Shown here piece by piece: positions 24,811 through 32,000 of a stretch of DNA of 32,000 bases. The first letter of the stretch is position 1; every line of letters begins with the position of its first letter. Made by a program: the position numbers and the translations under genes. The notes beneath the pieces are model-generated. The model ran no database searches. It was given only the letters and a program-made list of their open reading frames with translations, and had not been told where the DNA came from. Origin of the DNA: Opitutia bacterium KCR 482 (GTDB lineage: Bacteria; Verrucomicrobiota; Verrucomicrobiia; Opitutales; Intestinicryptomonadaceae). The DNA is taken from the NCBI GenBank assembly GCA_029269845.2, contig CP149973.1, positions 180,001 to 212,000 on the forward strand. Reading direction: 5' to 3'.

Positions 24811-27800
24811 ATGTCATTTATGAATTATAAAAAACTACCTTGCCTACTTTTCGCATTCGCCGCACTCGGAATGGGCGCGTGCACGGGCGGCGCCGACAAC
24901 GCGCAATCCGCGCCCGAAAAAAAATGCGCGGTCGATTTGAACTACGACAAAAATTCGCAGTTCTCTCTTGAAGATTTCAAGAATCCGCCCGACGCGTACA
25001 GAATTGTTCCGTTCTGGAGCTGGAACGAAACAATGGAGCCCGCGGAGGTTCGCCGCCAGCTGCGCCTCATGAAAGAGGCGGGGTGGGGCGGCTCAATGGT
25101 TCACAGCCGCACGGGACTGCTGACCGATTACCTCGGCGAAGACTGGTTCAAGGCGGTCGACGCGTGCGTAGACGAAAGCCGGAAGCTCGGAATGTTCGTT
25201 TGGCTTTACGACGAAGACAAGTGGCCGAGCGGGTTCAGCGGCGGCACGGTTTTGCAAACCGACATCAACTATGCGATGAAGTCGCTCTTCGCCCGCCCCG
25301 TCGGCGCGGAAGTTCCCGCCGAAGCAACGCCAATCGGAAAGCCGAAGGACGGTATTCAAATTTATGTATACCGCGCAAAACAGGGCAATCCTTGGTTCAA
25401 CGGTACGTCGTATGTCGACACGATGTCGAAAGCGGCAATGGGCGAATTCAAACGCTTGGCGTATGAGTCGTACTACAACCGCTACAAGGACGTTTACGGT
25501 TCGACGATTGTCGCAGAGTTTACGGACGAGCCTGCGATCTCAAACCGCAGTGTTTCCGAATGCTGGACAAACAGTGTTCCGTATTCGTCGGACTTCATCG
25601 TAGCATTCAAGAAAGCATACGGGTACGACCCTGTTCCGCATTTCCACAAGCTATTCAGCGATTGCGACGGCGCAAAAAAGTTCCGCCTGCAATATTTCCG
25701 CACGCTCAACTCGCTCTTTGAAAAGAATTTCATGGGTCAGCTTGGCGACTATCTCTCAGCCCGCGGCGCGGCTCTGACTGGCCACTGCATGGCTGAGGAC
25801 GCTGGAACCATACAACACACTTGGAGTGGCAGGGTAATGCCGTACTACCGCAAAATGGGAATTCCGGGAATCGACCATTTGAGCCGCAGGGTATTTGGAA
25901 TCCAGACGGGAAAACAATGCCAGAGCGTCTGCAACCAAATGGGTAAAACGCGCATGCTTTCCGAAATGTATGGTTGTAGCGGCGGTTCTTTGACATTTGA
26001 AGACCGCGAATGGATTACACACCAGCAAATGATTTTGGGGGTCAACCTCATCGTGCCACACTTGAGCCTTTTCTCTATGACGGGTTGCCGCAAGCGCGAC
26101 TTTCCGCAAAATATCAACTACCAACAGCCGTGGTGGAATCTCAATTCTTATGTTGACGTTCCGCTCGCACGCGCCTGCTACGCGATGGCGCAGGGCAAAT
26201 ACGCCGCCGACATTCTCGTACTTCACCCACAGGAAAGCATCGCAATGAATTGGTTCCTTGCCCCCAAAGACGGCGGGCCTTATTCAAAACCGCGTGTCGT
26301 GCGCGAGCGCGTTTCGAAAATTTCGGAATCGTTTCACCCCGTTCTCGCGCAGCTTTGCGGCCAGCAGCTTACATTCGACTTGGGCGACGAGCAAATGCTT
26401 GAAGAAAACGGATTTGTAGACGGCAAGAGAATCGGAATAGGGCAGATGTCCTACGGCGTGGTTGTCGTGCCCGAAATCGATACAATCAGACCCTCGACCT
26501 TCGACAAACTCAAAAAATTCAAGTCGGCGGGCGGTTTGATTCTGCGCACGGGAAGCGCGCCGAAGTTTATCGACGGCGAAAAGTCGGCGGAGCTTGACAC
26601 GTTCTTTGCCGACGTAAAATCCGTAAACCCCGAAGACTTGGGCGGCGAAATCGAGAAATTCTCGCCAGCATTCGTAAAGCTCGAAAAGAAATCGGGCGAT
26701 TCGTCGCAACTGTGGACGCACGTCCGCAACCTCAACGACGGCTCGCGCCTGATTATGCTGGCAAACCTCAGCCGCGCCGAAAAGCTCGACGGCGTCGCGA
26801 AAATTCGCGGCGGATTCTCCCGCGCACAGGTGCTCGACGTCGAGACGGGAAAAATTGCCGACATCGCCGCCGCGAAAGAGGGCGACACTCTCGAACTTCC
26901 GATTTCAATAGAAACTGCGGACGCACTGTACGTCCGCGTTTCAAGGGAATCGCCCCAACCCGACGCCGCGCAGCCGAAAGCTGTCGCCGAACGCGAAATT
27001 TCGGGCTGGAGCGCAAAACGCCTCGACGACAATTCAATGACCCTCGACTACGTTTCGTTCTCGTACGACGGCGGCAAAAAGCGCATCGACGGCGAAGTTC
27101 CCGTTCTCGAAGCGATGAACTATTTGAATTCGATTAAGTACGACGGCGACGTAAAGGTTGTCTACGCTTTCAACGCCAAGAATTTCGACCCGAACCGCAA
27201 ACTGCGCCTTGTGGTAGAATACCCCGAACGCGCGGAAATCAGGGTGAACGGAAAGGAAGTCAAGTACGCAGGCCTGCCTGCGTGGCGCGACTTCCGCTGG
27301 CTGCCCATTGACATCACGGGGCTTGTCAAGGACGGCAAAAACACAATCGAAATGCACTACCGCGACTTTAAATACGGCGACCTCGCCACATACAAGCCGC
27401 AGTGGCGCAGATACGGCACGGAGCTTGAAGCCGTGTACTTGGTCGGCGACTTCTCCGTCGTTTCGGTCGATACGGGAGCGCGCCCCGTCAACCCGCAGAA
27501 CCTTGACTACAAGGCGAAAATTCCTAACATCGTGATGATAAAAAAAGACGCGCTCGCAATCACAAACCCCGCGCCGCTCAAACTCGGCGACGCAACTACG
27601 AACGGACTTCCGTTCTACGCGGGCAGACTCGCGTATTCCGCAAACGTCAAAACGCCGAAGAAAGAGGGCGAACGCATCGTGCTCAAACTCGGCAACCTCG
27701 ACTGCCCCGTGGCGGAGGTTCTCGTTGACGGCAAACGCGCGGGCGTAATAAAGAACACGCCGTTTGAAATCGATATTACCGGTTCTGTCTCGAAGCCCGA

Positions 27801-28050
27801 AAGCAAAATCGAAGTAGTCCTGTACGCCTCGCTGAGAAACCTGATGGACTGCCCGCACCACGCGCTCGGCGAACTCATGAGCATCTGGCCGCGCTTCTAC
27901 ACAATCCAAGACCTGCCGCGCGGCGCAAAATTCTTCGATTCGCTCAAAGCGTTCGCAGACGGAACGTGGAAATCCAAGGATTGGAATTGGGACTATTGCC
28001 AAATCGAATTCGGCAACGTCGGCAAAATTTCGCTTATCACGAAAAAGTAG
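24811..28050 (+). CDS. Large putative glycoside hydrolase lipoprotein (GH106-like / jelly-roll glycosylhydrolase type; family assignment tentative)
   Basis: ORF 24679..28050. The ATG at 24811 (or 24820) gives MSFMNYKKLPCLLFAFAALGMGAC with a lipobox-like GMGAC. The N-terminal catalytic-type block YRIVPFWSWNETMEPAEVRRQLRLMKEAGWGGSMVH...VWLYDEDKWPSGFSGG and TDEP, GIPGIDHL, SEMYG motifs resemble proteins generically annotated as glycosyl hydrolase and related to GH106 rhamnosidases. Confidence 0.6.
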   Translation: MSFMNYKKLPCLLFAFAALGMGACTGGADNAQSAPEKKCAVDLNYDKNSQFSLEDFKNPPDAYRIVPFWSWNETMEPAEVRRQLRLMKEAGWGGSMVHSRTGLLTDYLGEDWFKAVDACVDESRKLGMFVWLYDEDKWPSGFSGGTVLQTDINYAMKSLFARPVGAEVPAEATPIGKPKDGIQIYVYRAKQGNPWFNGTSYVDTMSKAAMGEFKRLAYESYYNRYKDVYGSTIVAEFTDEPAISNRSVSECWTNSVPYSSDFIVAFKKAYGYDPVPHFHKLFSDCDGAKKFRLQYFRTLNSLFEKNFMGQLGDYLSARGAALTGHCMAEDAGTIQHTWSGRVMPYYRKMGIPGIDHLSRRVFGIQTGKQCQSVCNQMGKTRMLSEMYGCSGGSLTFEDREWITHQQMILGVNLIVPHLSLFSMTGCRKRDFPQNINYQQPWWNLNSYVDVPLARACYAMAQGKYAADILVLHPQESIAMNWFLAPKDGGPYSKPRVVRERVSKISESFHPVLAQLCGQQLTFDLGDEQMLEENGFVDGKRIGIGQMSYGVVVVPEIDTIRPSTFDKLKKFKSAGGLILRTGSAPKFIDGEKSAELDTFFADVKSVNPEDLGGEIEKFSPAFVKLEKKSGDSSQLWTHVRNLNDGSRLIMLANLSRAEKLDGVAKIRGGFSRAQVLDVETGKIADIAAAKEGDTLELPISIETADALYVRVSRESPQPDAAQPKAVAEREISGWSAKRLDDNSMTLDYVSFSYDGGKKRIDGEVPVLEAMNYLNSIKYDGDVKVVYAFNAKNFDPNRKLRLVVEYPERAEIRVNGKEVKYAGLPAWRDFRWLPIDITGLVKDGKNTIEMHYRDFKYGDLATYKPQWRRYGTELEAVYLVGDFSVVSVDTGARPVNPQNLDYKAKIPNIVMIKKDALAITNPAPLKLGDATTNGLPFYAGRLAYSANVKTPKKEGERIVLKLGNLDCPVAEVLVDGKRAGVIKNTPFEIDITGSVSKPESKIEVVLYASLRNLMDCPHHALGELMSIWPRFYTIQDLPRGAKFFDSLKAFADGTWKSKDWNWDYCQIEFGNVGKISLITKK

Positions 28051-28061
28051 CGAATAAAACA

Positions 28062-28096
28062 AAAGCGGGGCGGCATTGCAACCGTCCCGCTTTGTG
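28062..28096 (+). terminator. Possible terminator after the GH106-like gene
   Basis: AAAGCGGGGCGG (28062-28073) / CCGTCCCGCTTT (28082-28093), imperfect, with a weak T tract. Confidence 0.4.
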
Positions 28097-28185
28097 CGCA
28101 AAAACCCTTTTCAGACAGCGCAGCGCAACGTTTTGTTTGCAGAGCGTTTTCTCCGCTTCGAATCGGTAATTGTAAGCGTGCCTTG

Positions 28186-28227
28186 TCAAAAAAACAATAA
28201 ACCGTGCCGAATGCATATTCGGCACGG
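28186..28227 (-). terminator. Strong intrinsic terminator ending the activase-GRE-sugar porter operon
   Basis: Perfect 11-bp stem CCGTGCCGAAT (28202-28212) / ATTCGGCACGG (28217-28227) with loop GCAT, 8 nt after the porter stop. On the minus strand it is followed by TTTATTGTTTTTTTG. Confidence 0.8.
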
Positions 28228-28235
28228 CTAAAATC

Positions 28236-29564
28236 CTATTGTCCCGTAAGCTCGCGTTGGATTTCCTCGAGCGATTTGTCTTTCGTTATCGGAAGTTTTA
28301 GGGCGAATACGAACGTCAACGCCGCCATCAATGCGAAAAAGCCGAACGTGCATGTGGAAAGTCCGCTTTCGACGAGTATCGGAAACGCCCACGTCAGAAG
28401 CGCGCACCAGAACCAGTGTGTCATACTGCCCAAGACCTGCCCCTTCGCGCGGACGCTCGTCGGGAAAACCTCCGAAATCAGAACCCAAATTACCGCTCCG
28501 AGCGACAGCGCGAAAGCCCCGATAAACAGCATCAGCGAACCGAGCATAAAGTACCCGCCAAGCTCCTTATACTGGAAGCCCGCCGCCACGGAAAGAAGCG
28601 CAATAGTCATAAATACCGAACCGATGTAGAGCAGATTCTTGCGCCCGAACTTGTCGATAAGCAGCATTCCGAGCATCGTGAAAACAAGGTTTGTCATACC
28701 GATGAGGATTGACTGCAAAAGCGCGGATTCGCGGAACACGCCCGCGCTTTCGAGGATTCGCGGCGCGTAGTAGTTGATTGCGTTGATGCCCGAAAGTTGG
28801 TTGAATGTTGCTACAAAGAATGCGATTGCGATGGGCTTCCAGTATTTCTTCTGGAAGAGCGGCTCGGAGGCTACGGTGTCGGCGAGCGAAGTTTTGATGT
28901 CGGCAAGCGACTGCGAAACGTCGGTGTCGCCGATTTTGTCGAGCACTTCGGCGGCGCGCTTTTCCGCGCCGGTTTTTACGAGCCAGCGCGGGCTTTCGGG
29001 AATCGTGAAAAGCAGCGCGGCGAAGAGTACCGACGGAAGCGCGAGAACCCCTAACATCCAGCGCCAGTCGTTTTCGATTCCGAGCGTGCTAATGTACCAG
29101 TTCGAAATGTACGCGCTGACAAGCCCGAAAACGATGTTGAATTGGAAGAATGCAACGAACCTGCCGCGCCAGTTCGACGGCGCGATTTCGGCGATGTACA
29201 TAGGTCCCACAACCGACGACGCGCCCACCGCAAGCCCGCCCATAAAGCGGAAGAATACGAGCGTCCACCAGTTCAAAATGACCGCGCAGCCGACCGCCGA
29301 AAGGAAGTACAAATACGCAACGACCTTCAGCGATTCGAGCCTGCCGTACTTTTCCGCGGGCTTGCCGCAAACGAGCGCGCCGACAATCGTGCCGAAGAGC
29401 GCGACCGCCATCGTAAAGCCGTGAACCCAACCCGAAAGCCCGTAGAATTGCTGAATCCCCTTTTCCGCGCCCGACACCACCACCGTGTCGAACCCGAAAA
29501 GAAAGCCGCCGAGCGACGCCACGAACGCCACATAAAACATATAGCCTTTTACTTTTTCCTTCAT
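28236..29564 (-). CDS. MFS transporter, sugar porter family (sugar or polyol:H+ symporter)
   Basis: 442 aa and about 12 TM helices. Hallmarks: GGFLFGFDTVVVSGA, GRLESLK, PESPRWL, QLSGINAINYYAP, FGRKNLL. It starts 18 nt after the GRE stop. Confidence 0.9.
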   Translation of the reverse strand: MKEKVKGYMFYVAFVASLGGFLFGFDTVVVSGAEKGIQQFYGLSGWVHGFTMAVALFGTIVGALVCGKPAEKYGRLESLKVVAYLYFLSAVGCAVILNWWTLVFFRFMGGLAVGASSVVGPMYIAEIAPSNWRGRFVAFFQFNIVFGLVSAYISNWYISTLGIENDWRWMLGVLALPSVLFAALLFTIPESPRWLVKTGAEKRAAEVLDKIGDTDVSQSLADIKTSLADTVASEPLFQKKYWKPIAIAFFVATFNQLSGINAINYYAPRILESAGVFRESALLQSILIGMTNLVFTMLGMLLIDKFGRKNLLYIGSVFMTIALLSVAAGFQYKELGGYFMLGSLMLFIGAFALSLGAVIWVLISEVFPTSVRAKGQVLGSMTHWFWCALLTWAFPILVESGLSTCTFGFFALMAALTFVFALKLPITKDKSLEEIQRELTGQ

Positions 29565-29582
29565 AAAAACAATCCTTTTCTA

Positions 29583-31649
29583 CTATCCGAGGGCGAACTC
29601 GGTCCGTGCGATTACGTGGTCTTGGTAGCATTCGTCAAGCTCGACAAAATAGCCGCTCCAGCCCCAGACGCGCACGATTAGGTTGCGGTATTTTTCGGGA
29701 TGCGCCTTTGCGTCCAAAAGCTTTTCGCGGTTGACTGTGTTGAGCTGCAACTGGTGTCCGCCGAGCGTTATGAACGTGCGCACAAGCATTGCAAGCTTGC
29801 GCACCGACTCCTCGTTGCGGAAGACCGACGCGTCGAATTCGAGCGTCAAAGGCCCGCCGTTTGCGACGTTTTTTAGGTGCGGCTTCGCAAAAGACTTCAC
29901 AACCCCCATCGGGCCTTTCTGCGACAGGAAGAGGCTCGGCGAATAGTTGGCGGGCAGCGGTTCGCCCTCGAGCCTGCCGTCGGGCGTTGCGGGACGGTCC
30001 TTGCCGTGGAAGACGTAGAACATTGCAGTGCCCGTTCCCGCGCGGTAGCCGCCGCCGCGCTCGTTGCGCTTGTCCCCGAACGCGTCGGCGAAAGAATCCA
30101 GAAGGCGCACGGCGAGCGCGTCGGCGCAGTCGTCGTCGAGACCCATTTTCGGGGCTTCGTTGCGGAGTTTTCTCAGCAGCTCGGGCGCGTTTTTGAAATT
30201 CGTGCGGACGGCCTCGAGCATATCGGAAGCCGAAACGGATTTTTCGTCGAAGCAGTATTTTTTCACCGCCGCCAGCGAGTCAACCGCCGTCGAAATACCC
30301 GTTCCGTGCACGCCGTAGTTGTTATATTTAAGGCCGAACGAAATGTCGCGCCCCCTTTCGATTGCGTCCGACATAACCGACATCATCGGCGCGGGCTTCA
30401 TATAAATGTTGCGGTGGCGCAGACACATTTCGTCGGCGCGGGCTTTGATTTGGCGCTCGACGAGCGAGTAAAACTCGTCGAAAGTTGCGCAGGTCGGCAG
30501 GTCGGCAAGCGCGAAGCTTACGCAGTCGACGAGCGAAAGCGCGTCGATGTTGGGAATGTCCGTGCCGCACTTGGGCACGATAAACTCCCAACACGCGGCA
30601 ACCACGTATTCGTGCGCGTCCTCGGGCGAATAACCCTTCTCGATGAGGCTCGGAATCACAACGTCGTCGTTGCTGTACTGCGGGAAGCCGAGCCCGATTT
30701 TGGTAAGCTCCGACCCCTTTTCGAAAACCTCGAGCGGCGTTTTCGAATCTACGCGGATATTGATTTTGGGGTCGATTAGCGCAAGTTCGTAGCTTGCCCT
30801 CAGCGCCATTTCGGAAAGCTCGTTGAACATATATTCGCCCGAAAGCGAACGCCCGCCGAGCACAAGGCTCTGCCCGTTGTCGCCCTGCTGCATTCCGATG
30901 TAAAGGTCGCTGTCCTTGTTGCACGAAAGGAAAAATTCTTCGAGCAAATCGAACGCCTCATCTTTCGAAATTTTGCCGCCGTCGACGTCTGCGCGGTAGT
31001 ACGGATAAAGGTATTGGTCAATCCGTCCGAGCGTGTTGTGGTAGTTGCCCGCCGCCCATATCGAGAAGTGCATAATGCGTAGCAGCTGCAACGCCTGGCG
31101 GAAGCTTTTCGCCGCGCCTCCGCGCACTGCCCGCAGGACTTCGGCGATGTCCGGCTGTCCGATTTTCTCCGCTTCTATCGCATACCTGTCTATCAAATTC
31201 TGAACGGCTTCAATCGAGCGGATTGCCGATTCCAGAAAGATGCGCCCCTGCGCGTCGGCCGTTTCGAGCCCTTTTTTTGCCGCGGCCTTGCGCGAGTCCA
31301 AACCCTCGGCGAGAACGCGCTCGTAGTCGGGCGAAAGGTTGAAGACCTCTCCCTTTTCGTGGATGAAATGCGTCGTCGAAATCTGCTCCCATTCCGACGG
31401 CGTGAAGTAGTCGGGAATGTCCCTTATCGTGCGGGTGAAAACTATTTTTTCGTTCGGCAGAATAACGGGAGTTTCCGCGGCGAGAAACGCCTCGAACATT
31501 CTGCCCGACCGCTCCTGCGCCGTCATTCCCGCCGCCCGGAAGTCCTCCGCCAGTTCGTCGAGACGCGCCGATTTCGCGTCGCGGCGGAAGGCTCTGTGAA
31601 GCCTGTCGTCCACGATATATTTTTTTAGTGATTGTATGCGTTTGTTCAT
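29583..31649 (-). CDS. Glycyl radical enzyme of the PFL2/dehydratase-like class, unusually short (688 aa); substrate unknown
   Basis: GRE blocks: LGRIDQYLYPYY, GFPQYSNDDVVIPSL, ATPDGR and GGHQLQLNTVNREKLLDAKAHPEKYRNLIVRVWGWSGYF (glycyl radical motif, Gly663 at 29661-29663). A single catalytic-loop Cys occurs in AAC353-W-E355 (30585-30593), a Cys-x-Glu arrangement rather than the Cys-Cys of PflB. Confidence 0.88.
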   Translation of the reverse strand: MNKRIQSLKKYIVDDRLHRAFRRDAKSARLDELAEDFRAAGMTAQERSGRMFEAFLAAETPVILPNEKIVFTRTIRDIPDYFTPSEWEQISTTHFIHEKGEVFNLSPDYERVLAEGLDSRKAAAKKGLETADAQGRIFLESAIRSIEAVQNLIDRYAIEAEKIGQPDIAEVLRAVRGGAAKSFRQALQLLRIMHFSIWAAGNYHNTLGRIDQYLYPYYRADVDGGKISKDEAFDLLEEFFLSCNKDSDLYIGMQQGDNGQSLVLGGRSLSGEYMFNELSEMALRASYELALIDPKINIRVDSKTPLEVFEKGSELTKIGLGFPQYSNDDVVIPSLIEKGYSPEDAHEYVVAACWEFIVPKCGTDIPNIDALSLVDCVSFALADLPTCATFDEFYSLVERQIKARADEMCLRHRNIYMKPAPMMSVMSDAIERGRDISFGLKYNNYGVHGTGISTAVDSLAAVKKYCFDEKSVSASDMLEAVRTNFKNAPELLRKLRNEAPKMGLDDDCADALAVRLLDSFADAFGDKRNERGGGYRAGTGTAMFYVFHGKDRPATPDGRLEGEPLPANYSPSLFLSQKGPMGVVKSFAKPHLKNVANGGPLTLEFDASVFRNEESVRKLAMLVRTFITLGGHQLQLNTVNREKLLDAKAHPEKYRNLIVRVWGWSGYFVELDECYQDHVIARTEFALG

Positions 31650-32000
31650 AGAACAGTATATTTTATATTGTTTTTTGTGAATTCGTCAATAAAATGCGGT
31701 TGTTTCTCTGTGTCGAATGTCGGAGAATATTTTTTGCCTACCATGTAATATTTTGCGCCGGCCGTCTTGTGGTACGGCAGAATTTCGACGCGGACAAGGC
31801 TTTTCGCCCCCGCGAGAATCTCCGAGAGCGCGAGCATATTTCCGCGCGTGTCGTTGACCGCCGGAATCAGCGGAACGCGCACGATAAACGGGCGCGCTGC
31901 GGCGCAGAGCCATCGCAGGTTTTCGAGGATTTTTGCGTTGTCGACCCCCGTAAATTTTTTGTGCGTTTCGGAATCGACGGCCTTGCTGTCCATTAGAACC
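31646..32000 (-). CDS. Glycyl-radical enzyme activating enzyme (radical SAM), 3' part; 5' end outside the window
   Basis: The frame stays open to the window edge. The C-terminal peptide VRVPLIPAVNDTRGNMLALSEIL...VEILPYHKTAGAKYYMVGKKY is typical of PFL-activase family proteins. Its TGA overlaps the GRE ATG (ATGA at 31646-31649). Confidence 0.82.
   Translation of the reverse strand, partial: VLMDSKAVDSETHKKFTGVDNAKILENLRWLCAAARPFIVRVPLIPAVNDTRGNMLALSEILAGAKSLVRVEILPYHKTAGAKYYMVGKKYSPTFDTEKQPHFIDEFTKNNIKYTVL

Noticed and set aside
29583-31649. Calling the GRE pyruvate formate-lyase (pflB) or 1,2-propanediol dehydratase
   Set aside because: The PFL-type adjacent Cys-Cys pair is absent; the loop is AACWE. 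The protein is much shorter than either enzyme as I recall them. No formate channel, microcompartment shell or aldehyde dehydrogenase genes are visible in the window, so a specific functional name is not supported.
1-32000. CRISPR arrays, transposases, toxin-antitoxin pairs, restriction-modification or other defence systems
   Set aside because: Scanning both strands showed no spaced direct-repeat array, no terminal inverted repeats around an ORF, and no ORF with nuclease, methylase, transposase or integrase motifs. All sizeable ORFs are accounted for by metabolic, transport or envelope functions.

Overview
GC-rich bacterial chromosomal segment. The PEP-CTERM sorting signals, many secreted glycoside hydrolases and anaerobic radical chemistry suggest an anaerobic PVC-group organism (Lentisphaerota, Kiritimatiellota or Verrucomicrobiota), but this is inference only. 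I support 23 protein genes, one tRNA-Pro(TGG), one cobalamin riboswitch and several intrinsic terminators. From left to right: (1) the 3' end of a citramalate/isopropylmalate synthase gene and a fused PlsC-like plus GNAT-like acyltransferase (OlsF-like aminolipid synthase candidate). (2) A translationally coupled minus-strand operon of acylphosphatase, ABC ATPase, ABC-2 permease and a TPR membrane protein. (3) An FKBP isomerase and tRNA-Pro. (4) A cobalamin riboswitch driving a secreted PEP-CTERM protein, a BtuB-like TonB-dependent receptor and a second PEP-CTERM protein. (5) A metallophosphoesterase. (6) A glycan-degradation neighbourhood: AraC regulator, class I mannose-6-phosphate isomerase, GH78 alpha-L-rhamnosidase, an unassigned secreted hydrolase-like protein, a 1174-aa DUF4091-like protein and an 1079-aa GH106-like lipoprotein, interrupted by a CNNM/CorC gene. 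(7) A minus-strand operon of glycyl-radical activase, an unusually short 688-aa glycyl radical enzyme and an MFS sugar porter. The two best candidates for something undescribed are the short GRE/sugar-porter operon and the riboswitch-controlled PEP-CTERM/TonB-receptor module. I saw no CRISPR array, transposase, integrase or recognisable defence genes. All family calls come from motif recognition by eye. No searches were run.
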